From Saccostrea cucullata (taxonomy: Eukaryota), in contig NW_026920569.1 of NCBI RefSeq assembly GCF_032062105.1, positions 62,001 to 126,000 on the forward strand: 64,000 nt of DNA, read 5' to 3'. The notes under the pieces were generated by a model, which searched no databases, was not told the origin of the DNA, and worked only from the letters and a program-made list of their open reading frames with translations. Position numbers and translations under genes: made by a program. Shown piece by piece: positions 23,560-37,900 of the stretch (the first letter of the stretch is position 1; every line of letters begins with the position of its first letter).

Positions 23560-26519
23560 TAAAGGGACACTAGATCTGTAGATAGAATGTTCTATCAATT
23601 CGTAAAAATGCTATCATATTGTCCTACTGATTCAGTGAGGACTCGTACCGAGACAGATTATTTCAACTATACATCACTGACAACTGAAGGTCCTGACTAC
23701 TACAATAGTCAACAACTACCTGCTCTCATTTCTGGTCCATAATTATACTTAAATATTTTTTAACTTAAATTTAAGTGCAAGAGTGTTGAGATATTTCAGG
23801 GATTATTGTTGAAATATCATTGTCTTCACATTTATTCCTTACATCTCATTCAATATGAAAAATATTTTTAAATCTTTCTAGACCTTTATGAACTTGCAAT
23901 TAGCCTACTAATACAGCTCTTCTGTTCAAACTATACTTTGTTTCTCCTGATGCAGTTGCACTGAGAGGGAACAAGCATGCAATTCTGGGTCCCTGATTTT
24001 CTTTTTAGAATTCCTTTTACATGTACCTACCTCCTTTTGAAGTCTTTTCCCTGTAGTTTGATCAAACAACACAAAATTTATCTTAGTTTTGTTCCCGGAT
24101 CAGAATCACCATCATCCATCTATCGTGTATCGCGAGCCCGACCCTTTTTACAAAAAAGAAATTCCTGCTCACTTCTCTATCATGGCATGAAGGGGAAGGA
24201 AGTAAATGTTGCTTTGTGAAAATACACTGGTCGATTTATGGAGGCGGGCTCGAACGACCTCCTCTCCTTGGTCATTTTATCATAGATACACCCCCCACTT
24301 TGAAAAATTTATAGATCCGCGCCTGCATAACGTAATTTATGTCTCCGCGTAATACATTTTATTGTAACAAATCGAACACGTGCGTCCTCATTTGGAAACT
24401 TTTTTACCGAGGGAATTGTAGAATTGAGATAGCGTGTTTTGCATCGCATTTTTAAAACAAAAAATGTAGAACAGTTTTATCTATATTCCTTCCATAAATC
24501 AAATATGTACAGTAGATTAAAAGAGGGGTGTAAGAGATATCTTAGATTCGAATGTATACATCGAAGAAAAAGGTTTTATCGTTTTTTAGGCAGGGACATG
24601 TGCAAACAATAATTCTCTACGGAAGATCGTGTTATGTCAAAAAGTTCATTAAAAAATTACTCGGTGGTTTTAACCAGGATTAATCTGAAATCTTGTTCGA
24701 TACGTGGACCAGTACATGTATAAGACACGCAATTAATAAGAATATTTTCTAAAAGCATTTAAATCCTCTTTGTGATTTTACCCCTCGGGTAATTGGAATT
24801 CAGTGTTTTTACAAAAGATAATCATTGTATGTTCTTCTAAAAGAATTGGATGTGCTTGATTTTTTAAAACGAATACCATTAATTGTAACGTCTTAATTTT
24901 CTGTTTTTGAATGAATTTTTTAATTTTAAAACGTAAAACACCAAACAATAAAACAATTTTATATTTATGGGATTTTAGCATATTGTAAAGATCTTATTGT
25001 TTTACATTTATATTAACAAATACATGCAATCAATCAATTTTTTTTATATTTATGGCGCATCCAACATTTTTTTAGTCTCATTGACAATATCGATGATTAT
25101 AATTACTATCTGTGACCCATAATTAGCACATCCGTTTTTGTATTAGATTAAAAAAAAATCTACACGTGGTCTTTACATTAAGATCTGTTGATTACATTTA
25201 ATTAATTATCAATATTTGTTTTCAACTGCTTTCGTTGAAGAGATACACCCCTTTTAAGTAGACACCACAAAGTCTGACACGTCTATTTCTTTTTGCTTAT
25301 TATTAATATTTCAAACATTTAATGCATAGGGCATTTACGTCTCCAAGTTTACTCAATACACAGTGGCGGATCCAGAAGTTCATGTGGGGGGGTTTTGAGG
25401 CCCTAAGGGCCGAAGGGGGAGGGCATGGGAGGGGGTGTCCCCTCCCATAGGTGGGGGTTCGGGGGGCCTCCGAGAAAATTTTGTTTTATGGTTCTAAATG
25501 GTGCACAGCAAGCTTTTTTAAAGCGATCATCACAAATTTTTAAGAAAATGTTTTCAATTCAATTTAACTTTAACACAAGACTTTTAGACTTTGCTTTAAA
25601 AAAAATGTTAAATCGCTTTTGATCAAAGTTGTCTTAGTGTACTTTAAATGCACCTACAATTAATTTAGTTCCACTGGAATTTTTAAACACTAAAAAAATA
25701 AAAATTGAATTCTTTTCAGAATCCCTAACTTGTGCTTTTCAACTTACTTGAGTATATACTGTCAATATGATTTGGAATATAAACACACGTGTACAATTAA
25801 TAAAAATTCAAACTGTCTTAACTGAAGAAAAAATTTACATAAACTGGAGAATCTGTCAAAACTAGAGGGGTTTGCTAAGCCAACCTGGTTTTGTAAAAAA
25901 AATATATTAATTTAATTTTAAAACGGTAAGTTATTCATAGTTTTGAAAAACATGCATTTTATCAGCAAAAAAATATTACTGAGCAGCACCATAACTATGC
26001 ACACTAAAGAGTACTCTTGTGACTTTTATATGGTTGATTACCTGTGTTTGTGTGCAAGCGGAAAGAGAGTTAGTAGTGGATGTACATTTCACAGTTGTAC
26101 AAACAAAGGGTTTATGTTTATCAGATTATCAAAAAAAATGTTATTTACAGTTAATTACATGATTTATACAAGGATGTCAGATAAGGACGCTCTAAACACT
26201 GTAAATATTTTTAACATTATATAAGACCAATGTAAGATTAAAGAAAATTTACATTAATTTTTTTTATTTTCAACATTATATAAGACCAAGAAAAAGAAAA
26301 TTAATTTTTTTTCATTAATTTTCGCAATGTAAGTACACAACAGTGATTTCACCTCACAAACAGTCCATTGTCTTTGAAAATAGTTCATGCGCAAATAAGG
26401 CATGCACGTACCCTATGTTCTAAATAAACGGATAGTCTAAATATGCATATCTTTATACAATATATTTTTCTCTGAGTCCAAAAAACAGTTTCTGTTAGTG
26501 TTTAGAGCTTCCTTAAAAG

Positions 26520-26920
26520 TAGTACTGGGTTAGACATATCACTTATACATGGCATACAGGTAGAACAGTCATATGCAAATTATATTAGTAAATACGCAAT
26601 ATACAATAAAACTAGGTCATAGATATCAGTAATACAACGAATACAGGTAAGACTAGTTAAGAATATCCACCAAACATAGTATACAGGTAAAACTAGATCA
26701 TAGATATCAGTCATTTACAGCATACAGATAAAACTAGGTCATAAATGTAATCTATAGCCTACTTTTACCTACATGCTATGTATATATATAACTAATATCT
26801 AGGAGCAAGTTTTCATGCCTTCTGTTTATAATTCATATCAATTACAAAAGGTATGAAAAAATTGCTCCTAGATATCAGTTATATATAGCATGCAAGTAAA
26901 ACTAGGTTATAGATATCAAA
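26520..26920. repeat. Degenerate ~38-40-bp minisatellite
   Basis: Recurring AAAACTAGGTCATAGATATCAGT and ATACAGGTAA words. Confidence 0.6.
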
Positions 26921-29509
26921 TATGATGCTCTGTGAATGGTCCACCTCCCTTTCCTAGTGAGTGAGATTTGTTTATCTCAAGAGTGAGTTTACCTCAAAAT
27001 GAAGTTCTAAAATGATTATTTGGGTTTTCCATCTTGAACAACTATAGATATTCTTAGTTACATTTTTTCTCCAAGATACCCAAAAAAAGGCTAGTCCTGT
27101 CAAACACAGGCACTTGATTCAGTATTTTTCTTAAACCATTAGTATAATAATATTATATATGGGTTAAATTCTTATAGAATTAAGTCTTTGCATTTAAATC
27201 ATATGGGAGACAGAGGGAATCATTTTGTAAGCTCAGCAATCATGGTACCTCTACTTCCTTCTAATGTTGTTTCGTCATTTGATCGTTAGTTCATTTGATT
27301 GATACTTTATAGTTGACTATTCATTGACATACCTACTAAAACACAACCTTGTTGTATAGATATCTTTATTAACAAGCTGGAAAGTGTAAACATGGATATC
27401 CAACAATATATGGTGTGCATAATTCAGAGTTAACTAACAACAAAAATATATAAATAGTACAAAATATTCATTTATCTAAATAAATCTAGTAAGTTGATGT
27501 TCTTTACGGCAAAACGCAAGATAAAGGTGCAGTCATATTCGTTTTTGAGCTCACAATCAATTTGAAATGAAGAAATAAATAAACACTGGTTTGTGGTTTA
27601 TGAATAAAATTTTTTTTTGAAAATGAAAAAAAAAAATATACATGAACACAAGTGCAAAATATACAAATCCATACCTTAAAAAAGTGAAGTAGAGAAACAA
27701 TCAGCCGTGCTCAGATGTGTTAGGTACAAAACCAAGAGTTAATGCTGATGACATAGCACTAAGTGTCATTAAGACCAGGTGAGCTATAAGGCCTATTAAC
27801 CATTACAACTCTGCAGTCAACATACAAAAATATAACCTCTTCACAGGCACTGAATGCAAAATGCTTAAAAAGAGTTTTCTTAGAAAAAAAAGAACAAAAC
27901 AGAAAAAATATTCATTTTCTGAAGCTTGCACATGTATTTTTTCAACACAAGTCGAATTTCTGAAGGTATCGGTCTTAACTTCAAAGATAAATTCTTTAAC
28001 AAACAATGTGATAAAATTAAGTCGTTAATGGGATAGTAAGAAAAGTTTGCATCAGGAGGAAAGCCCATCCAAGTTACCCTGTATGTTTTTATTGATAAAT
28101 ATTTTGTCTGAAAAAGTCCACAAAAAATGGCTTGTAAAACATCCTCTTTTTCTTAATTACTGTTTACTTATATCAATGAATCACCCCTCATTTGCTATTA
28201 GTCTATATAGTTTATAGTCTATTGCAGAAAATTTAATATACATAAAATTGACAATTTGCCTTTACTTTCTTTGCTTCCAAGCATGAATAAGAAAAAAAAA
28301 TCAACCAAAACATTCTTTTTTCCAAATATAAATACATGCACCTTTACTATACCATTAACGAGCTCTATATCCAACCAGAAAGTAGAAAAAAGTTTTAAAA
28401 TGAAACAAAAAGTAACTATGAACTAATTTTGCAGTGTATACAATTCTTTTTACCAAATGTGTTTTTCATTGGTGCGGCAGCATCTAAATATTGCAAGGAG
28501 ATATAAAAACAAAACACCATTTAGACTTGCACAGCAATGAAAATATTGATACAGTTTCATCTAAATTATATCAGAAAAGGGACAAAAACATGATTAACTT
28601 TAAGGAAAAAACATATCAAATTCAACTAACGGTACATAATTGTATAACTATTCAATATCCTGCAACTAAGTGTTTCAAGTGTAAACTGAACAGTTTTCTA
28701 ACGCTGACAGTTTCTACTAAAGAATAGATAACAGAAAATACAAATAACAACTCAATGAAAACAAAGAAACCATTTGAAATAAAATAAAACTGAGATTCAT
28801 TGGTTACAGACCTGACCTTGATTCCTGTTAGATCAAGGTTAAAATACAAACACTAAGGTCATTCCCTTGGCAACCCTGGCCTTTTGTTCTACAGATCTGT
28901 GATTTTTCACAGTTGTGTGGTTTTATTGTCTCAAGACAACACAATTTTGGTGCAAATCTAATCTTATGTAAGTTTCTATGATTAACTTGCTTATGGGCAC
29001 CCGATAAAGTCATTCCAATAGTTCTGAATGAAAATGAAAAGCCAAAATGTTCCAAATAGAAATTTAAGAAATACATGTACATTTATTTAACTGTAGAATC
29101 ATTTGCTAGAGCATCAACACAATAATACCTGGTGCAAAATTAAAAAAAAATCCATGACTATGTAAATTATAAATTACAAAACTGAGGGTATGAAAAATCT
29201 CATAAGAATAGTTTCAAGCAGAATATAACAATAATATTTTTTCCATCTGCTTAACATATTTAAGATGTCCTGTGAAATAAAATAAAACCCTCAAATATTT
29301 ACACAATTATGAAATCCTACTAAGTGAAACCTGAAGATTAAATGGAGGCCGAGGTTTGCAGTTTGTGTCACAATGAATTGTTAGGTGCCATAAAAATAAA
29401 ACAATGAGAGTGTACTTCTTAAACTGGTGTACACAAATGAAGGATAATGTAAACTATACACAGTGTCTTGGTTTATCTTGGTGTTTGGGGGATTATGTTG
29501 TAATTTTAC

Positions 29510-30082
29510 TCAACAAAAGATAATTTATTACATTTTTACTCGTGAAATACTGTAATTTATTCATTGAATAAAAATGATATCCTGTCACAGTGTGAAAGGA
29601 TATCAAAATGATATCCTGTCACAGTGTGACGAATAGGTTTCTCTTCCCATAACGAAGATTGTTGTAAAAAAAATCTTCCTTGACCTAATATAAGATAGAT
29701 GGAAATAAATAAACAATTCTAACAGCGAATAAAACTGTAAAAATTACAAAAAATATGTTGCTAAATTCATGTTTGCACCTCACTTAGATATGACGTCTCA
29801 ACCGCTCAACTATGACATCAAGTAGCCTATGCCTGTATACCAAAAACATAGAGGTAAAAAAAATCAAAGAATTTTTTTTAAAAATGTAGTAAACAGAAAA
29901 TTCAATGTTTTGTTGTTGAATATGAATTGTTATTTACTTGTTAACAATTTTTGTATTTTCACTTGTGCTTCGCACTCGTGAAAATATAAACTATAGATAG
30001 TGTCTTGGTTTACATATCTTTTGGTGTTTGGGGGATTAGGTTGTAATTTTACAACAACAAAACATTGAATATCCTCTATATA
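29510..30082. mobile_element. Non-autonomous Crypton-like element with a terminal GCTTCGC hairpin
   Basis: TTCAATGTTTTGTTGTTG...TATTTTCACTTGTGC-TTC-GCACTCGTGAAAATA...CAACAACAAAACATTGAA. Same architecture as the 3' end of the Crypton at 55269-58036. Left boundary approximate. Confidence 0.55.
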
Positions 30083-31492
30083 TTACACAGTGATATGCAT
30101 TGGCATGATTTACTCATTCAGGCAAATAAAGATGATTTTACACTTAGGTAGGAAGTGATATTTTCATGCTACCTAAATAGTTGATTTAACAAACGTGTTG
30201 CCAAAGGAACCTTTCTTACAGCAATAGTAGCCTGTATATCAGATCATATGATATATTCACTCCTCTAAATCATTCTTAATATGAAAAACATAAAAGTGTA
30301 CAATGTGATGCCCATCCCCCCTTTCTGAAGAGATATATAAAATGCATATGAAGATACAAGGGCATTATGTTACAAAGTGGAAATGTAAATAGTGATATGA
30401 CATCATAGGATTTCAGGTTCTGAGTAAATGGTAAAATTCACTGACCTTTCATTGCGACATAAATGTTTATATCACAGATACAAATTACAACCCTCTAAAA
30501 AAATAAAATGTACAGAAGGAATAGATATTTGATAAATACTGAGGGTTAACCTACATCTAATACATCTACGTTTTATACATTTTATGACTTTATACAAGTA
30601 TACATGTACATATATGTGTACTCGAGTAACAACTATACAGGTATACATCTATGCTTAATTCTGAAAAACAACAGAATGTAAACAAATCTCCCTCTATTGC
30701 TTCATCATCATACGTACATTTATAAATAATTTGTCACAAACTGGACAACAGAGAACTGGATTTATAGTACAATCATTTACATAAATCAAAATTGGAATGA
30801 AAAATTTACCGAAGTCCTTTACACTTGCTACAAAATCTGTATACAGTGAAATTGGATCAAAAGAAACTTTGAAAACAGAAAAAATGCTTTGGTACATTAA
30901 ATAGGATTTCTATTGCTTTGTATAACTTCAAAGTAAGTAGGATTTTGTAGTAAATGAGTTCACTGTAGGAAAGTTAGTCTGTATAACTACAATACAAAGG
31001 ATATACAAAACAGCTTTGTTTGAGTCTACATCAGTAATATATAGCAAAATACTAATACATGATTTAATCTTATGTTCACTTTACAACATCTGATTATAGT
31101 TCTCCTTCTCTATACAATGTATACACATAAATGTATATGACTAAAATTTTGTGAATTCCTATGATTAAACTCTACATGTATTGTAATCTCTAGTCTGTTT
31201 ATACACCTACAGTACATTATCTTATTGTTGTTAGAAATAAAAAAAAAGATATACAAAAAAAAAGGTACATTAAGGCTTTCAGTTATACTGATAATTAAAT
31301 ATCAGATAATATAAAATAAAATATATGATACTGAACATATAATACTTTAGAATGGATACACTGATAAACTCAGTTTTTGATTATATTTTACAAGTTATGC
31401 TCTCAACACTGAATTCTTATTAATTCAAAATTACATTCTCTGGATGTACAAAGGTTTGAGGAAAAAAAAACAAGTGTAGAACAAAGTAATTA

Positions 31493-31695
31493 CTGTAAAT
31501 GTGTTATATTTAGCGTGTACGATATTTGGCGGAAATTGTTTTGAACAAGTTAGCGTAGATTTAATTTAGCTCATTTCTTATCATTCTTATTTACATGCAA
31601 GTACAAAACATTTAGCGTTGTACTTTAATTAGCGGAAGTGTCTTTCTGCCAAAAGCGCTAAAAAGAATACACAGCCAAATGTAATACGTTTACAG
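31493..31695. mobile_element. Tc1/mariner-type MITE
   Basis: TA|CTGTAAATGTGTTATATTTAGC ... GCCAAATGTAATACGTTTACAG|TA. Confidence 0.8.
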
Positions 31696-31952
31696 TATCT
31701 TATCAGATTAACAGAAATATCATAATAACACATATCACATTAAGTGCAATTCACTGCACTTAACTCAAGGATTTTTATAGAGAAAAATAAATTGTCTACA
31801 ACGTGTCTTACAAAACATTATGCATATTCAGTTGGCAACTTTTTCTGCGATTCAATGTAACAACTCTGAGGTTCCATCTAATGCAGAAAAGGTCACTTTG
31901 ATCTCGTTTCCAAATATTTGCTTGGTTTTCCTGCCAACTTAGTAAGCATGAA

Positions 31953-34900
31953 TTAGTAGAGGACTTGATCGCGGCCGAAATTCTTGATACAAGTGTCCAC
32001 GATGCTCAGAACTGACGAAGCAGCATCGTTAATGATGGTCGTCAACTCGTTTGGTGTCAGGTTTTGGATCTTGATGTCTCGATTGGTGAAACCATGGCTC
32101 AAAATCCTTTGCATTGCCTGGAAAAAAAATCATATAAATGAAAAGAAACCAGAATGAGATACAACTTAACTTACTTCTGATATTGTGGACTACAAAGGAT
32201 CACGACTACATAATGTCATTCAACAGAGTAGCACTTCAAGAAAAAACTTCCTACTATTTCTGATAATAACTATGCATTGCATGGGAAATGTTCCCTTTTT
32301 AACATTTACCTAATGAATGAAAAATATTTTTTTCTTAACTTTGCATTGAAACATGAAACATTTTGCTTCTTGAAAGTTTTTATCATTCAAACATGTCAAA
32401 AGGTAATGTAGTTTTAAATTTTCAGGGTAAGGAAAAATTTGGTATAAGTTATTTCTAAGGCTACTGCATATAATACTCAATGGTTGATTCTACATCTCTA
32501 TTCTACATCTCTAACATTTGTCTTATCTCTGGTAATGTTTTTTAATGATGGATTGGGGGAAACCTTTAAATTTATCTGTGAATCACTAATAACCTATGAT
32601 ACACATAAGGAAAGTAAATGTAAAATAGTAAGTAAATCTGGTGAATTATGAATTTATTCCCGGCTCAGTTTTTTTTTTTTAATTGAGAAATCCTTTTGAA
32701 ACTTTCTCTGATAATGTACATGTACATTAGCGCCAGCAAGCTTAAAAAGTGATGTTCCTTTGGGGCTGTCTGAAGGAAACTTACCTCCTGCCCCAGGGAG
32801 CAGATCTGTGAGCCTTTGGAGGAGCATTTGAAGCAACTGAGGGCTTTATACACAACGTTAGGAAACTGACAATTGTTAAAATATCCCAGAAGTTTAACAT
32901 TCAGGTCCTGGAATGCCCCGTCAGCCCCAAAGTGGATCAGGTGCCCTACAGAAAACAGAATGACAGATTATAAATTACTGTACAGGAGTGATGTTATTGA
33001 ACAAAGACAAATACTCAATAAAAAAACTTTTAATTTTAAATCTGAGTGTACTAATACTTTCCTAGGAAAAAGTTTGGTAATTTTTTTAACATCTTGAAGT
33101 CCTGCCCCATTGCATTTTGTCAGAACAAAGATTTTAATAGTTAGAATAAATATTACACCCAACAGATTATTAGTATCTCATATCACTAACAATGCTTTAG
33201 GTTTAATAGAAATCTCAGCCAATGCTTTCAGAAATGTTTAAAATCAGCATGCATACCAGCTACATAATTACCATTCCAATCATCATTCAAACCCTAATCA
33301 CCTAAGTATATACATTATCAAGGGTTACAGATACATCATTCATTCACTTATAAATGAATCAACGACCAGTTTTGTCTTTATTTCACAAATTGGTAATGTG
33401 TGGTTTAAAAGATGGGTGAATAGTCAAGTCTGACTTTGTATTATTATTATTTATTTACTATTTTTTAATCTACAAGTATTATCATGTTGTCATCCTGCGA
33501 GATGATATAGGATTAATCTATGTTATTTTATTTTGATGGAGTTTAGCTAGGGCCCCATCACTGGCAGCTGCCATATAGATTTGTGTAGAAAATTCCAATG
33601 TTGTAGCATTGGTATGGGAAATAAAATCTTTTAAAAAGTTAGACAATGTATCAGTACAGGTAAATGGGGAAAACTTCATACTAAAATAAGAAAAACTAGT
33701 TGTGTGTTTACTGTAGTGTTTGTATAAATAGGTGTATGTTTACACCAGAGCTGATCCAGTACTGACCTTTGTATCAATAGATGGATGTATTTATTATGAT
33801 GTTGACTGACCTTTGTATCAATAGATGGATGTATTTATTATGTTGTTGACTGACCTTTGTATCAATAGATGGATGTATTTATTATGATGTTGACTGACCT
33901 TTGTATCAATAGATGGATGTATTTATTATGATGTTGACTGACCTTTGTATCAATAGATGGATGTATTTATTATGATGTTAACTGACCTTTGTATCAATAG
34001 TTGGATGTATTTATTATGATGTTGATCCAGTACTGACCTTTGTATCAATAGATGGATGTATTTATTATGATGTTAACTGACCTTTGTATCAATAGATGGA
34101 TGTATTTATTATGATGTTGACTGACCTTTGTATCAATAGATGGATGTATTTATTATGATGTTGACTGACCTTTGTATCAATAGACGGATGTATTTATTAT
34201 GATGTTGACTGACCTTTGTATCAATAGATGGATGTATTTATTATGATGTTGACTGACCTTTGTATCAATAGACGGATGTATTTATTATGATGTTGACTGA
34301 CCTTTGTATCAATAGATGGATGTATTTATTATGATGTTAACTGACCTTTGTATCAATAGACGGATGTATTTATTATGATGTTGACTGACCTTTGTATCAA
34401 TAGATGGATGTATTTATTATGATGTTAACTGACCTTTGTATCAATAGATGGATGTATTTATTATGATGTTGACTGACCTTTGTATCAATAGACGGATGTA
34501 TTTATTATGATGTTGACTGACCTTTGTATCAATAGATGGATGTATTTATTATGATGTTGACTGACCTTTGTATCAATAGACGGATGTATTTATTATGATG
34601 TTGACTGACCTTTGTATCAATAGATGGATGTATTTATTATGATGTTAACTGACCTTTGTATCAATAGACGGATGTATTTATTATGATGTTGACTGACCTT
34701 TGTATCAATAGATGGATGTATTTATTATGATGTTAACTGACCTTTGTATCAATAGATGGATGTATTTATTATGATGTTGACTGACCTTTGTATCAATAGA
34801 CGGATGTATTTATTATGATGTTGACTGACCTTTGTATCAATAGATGGATGTATTTATTATGATGTTGACTGACCTTTGTATCAATAGACGGATGTATTTA

Positions 34901-37900
34901 TTATGATGTTGACTGACCTTTGTATCAATAGATGGATGTATTTATTATGATGTTAACTGACCTTTGTATCAATAGACGGATGTATTTATTATGATGTTGA
35001 CTGACCTTTGTATCAATAGATGGATGTATTTATTATAATGTTAACTGACCTTTGTATCAATAGATGGATGTATTTATTATGATGTTAACTGACCTTTGTA
35101 TCAACAGATGGATGTATTTATTATGATGTTGACTGACCTTTGTAACCATAATGGACATCCTCATCAAAACGAACTTTTGCGACAAACCAAAGGAACACAT
35201 ATTCTAACTGCATTTTCTCGAGGCGACTGAATGATTCGACTTCCGTAGTCATGCTGCTCAGTTTCTGTATCTGTACCTGACCTTCGCGTATAACTCGTGG
35301 GACAGAGGTCGTCAGTACACCTATATATAGGGAACGAAGGTCATGCATTAGTGAAGTCATGCACAAGGCCCAGTGTTAGACATATCACCCTTGTGCACTG
35401 AATTTCCCATGCTATTAGAAAATGCCCTTGTCATGATACAGCTGCCCATTCTGTGTAAAGCTCCATCATACTCTGAAAACTAGAGTCAATTTGAAATGCA
35501 GAAAAGTTTGAAGTCTGGAAACCAAAACTTCCCCATGCTCTGAAAGATTACACAACCATTAATTAATTGTTCAATCCCCACAATGATTGAAAAATTACAG
35601 TGTTTAAATCTTTTTTTTTAACAGTACATGTATATAAGAAGTTAAATGTCAAGATATTTAAAACTTTTCTAAAAATTAAAACACTGTGAAATTTCAAATT
35701 ATGCAGAAATAAGCCATGCATATATAGGTATATATAAAGTGAGTTTTCAACATGCACACGATACTTTGAGTCATCTAATCCCAGAAGTTAAAAGTACATT
35801 TCAGGTTCCTTAAGTTTTTCTAAGACTCCTGTTTTTGATACTTTTTAGTTCAAATGTAAATAACATTCTACATGTAAATGTCAGCTAGCTACAGATATGA
35901 ATGTCACAGTTTGAAAGATGTGATTGACAGGCATGTTAAAATCAGAATATGGGGGCAATTTGATATCAAAAATCCCCATGCACAACTGACAGGCCATTAG
36001 TATAACCCTTGTGTTGAACATAAGCTGTTGATTGGGACATTAGCATAACCTTTTCAAACCACTACCAGTTGTTTGGCCTACGCCTTGTTGGCAATTAGCT
36101 GTTTTGGGGACATTAGCCTTACCTTTGTGACTGAGTAATAGTTATTGGGGCCATTAGCCTCACCTTTGTGACCGAGTAACAGTTACTGGGGCCATTAGCC
36201 TCACCTTTGTGACTGAGTAACAGTTATTGGGGACATTAGCCTCACCTTTGTGACTGAGTAACAGTTATTGGGGCCATTAGCCTCACCTTTGTGACTGAGT
36301 AACAGTTATTGGGGCCATTAGCCTCACCTTTGCGACTGAGTAACAGTTATTGGTGCCTTTGTGACTGAGTAACAGTTATTGGGGCCATTAGCCTCACCTT
36401 TGTGACTGATTAGCTGTTGTTTGGGGCCATTAGCCTCACCTTTGTGACTGATTAACTTGCGGGGGTCAGACTTGCTCAATGTCCTCAGAAACAGCTGCTC
36501 TAGCTGTACTTTTTCTGATTTGTTAAACGCTGTCACTGAGCTGACAACATTTGTTTTGTTAACTATGGTGAGATTTTCTGGTTTTATGTCAGGAGGGACA
36601 GGAATAGAGAGTACACCTGTCAACAAATAAAATAAATAATTATGTCACCTGTCAACAAATAAAATAAATAATTATGTCACCTGTCAACAAATAAAATAAA
36701 AAATTATGTCACTTTGGTAACTGGCTCTAAAACCTCTGAAACAAAGAGTGTTCGGATAATTCCTGAAGAAAGTCCATCAATGTCAAATAATATCAGGTGG
36801 AAAGATAATTCAATCTCCAAGCGATTCACGTCTTGTCTTCAGTTCACCTTTAAGAGATCTTTTTGAGAGAGAAAAATCATCAACAACAACAATATGAATC
36901 AATACCAGCAAATAAAATTGACTGCCAAAATACTTATCAATACAGACAAAACAGCAAATATGTGTAGCTAGCAGTACTGACATAGATATTTAGTGAGCTT
37001 TTTATGACAGTCAGAGTAAAAACCTAGATATATCATGGGTAATATAAGGAAAACAAGTTGATTAACCCCTTCAGGCTTTATTCTGTATTGAAGGAGTTGA
37101 TCTGATTGGATAAGTATTTCCTGACCTTTAATGTCATCCTTGTTGCCCAGAAATGGTCCTAGAGTCTCCGCCCAGACCTTGTCTCCCTCAACATCAGCAA
37201 CGTCCCCCACAGTCAGGGACCACACGACAGTAGGAGGGGTCTGATATATCTAAAAATAGAATCAAAAACTGTCAGGAACCACATAACAGTAGGGGGAGTC
37301 TGATATATCTAAAAAAAGAATCAAACACTGTCAGGAACCACACAACTGTAGGAGGGTCTGGTATATCTAACAAGAGGCCCACGGGCCTTATAGGTCACCT
37401 GAGTATTATGTAACAACTTTCAAACAATTAAATTTGATTCGTGTTTTAAACCAGAGGCCATGAAATTCACAATTTACAATTTTTAAAGAGGCACCATTGC
37501 TTATCATAATTATTAACTTAGCATGTTTACTCCATTTACTTAATACCCAGAGGTATATCAGAGTAACAAAGAGAAAATGCACTTCCACTTTATACCCAGT
37601 TGTGCACCTCACCCTAAAGGAACCACTGACCCATGGGCCACATATTCAAAATTTTGCAAATTTATCATAAAATGGTTGATTAATACTAAAGAGCAGATTT
37701 CAAAGCATTAATTTATTTTCAGACTATGTACCCCCCCCCCCCCCCCTCTGACCCTGGGGGCATAAAAAAACACTTTGCTAGATGCACCTTTCTTCATCAT
37801 AAATATATTGGCATAAAACCCAGAAGCAAAGGAAAATATTTTCAAAGAAATTATTTTTACTACTGAGTATATAATCAATAGAGCCACGCCCTAACACCAG

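Noticed and set aside
21000-31900. Protein-coding genes among the short ORFs
   Set aside because: AT-rich low-complexity translations with no splice-consistent chain; probably 3' UTRs, intergenic DNA and TE debris.
33760-35145. CRISPR-like array
   Set aside because: Head-to-tail units with no unique spacers, eukaryotic intronic context and no cas genes.
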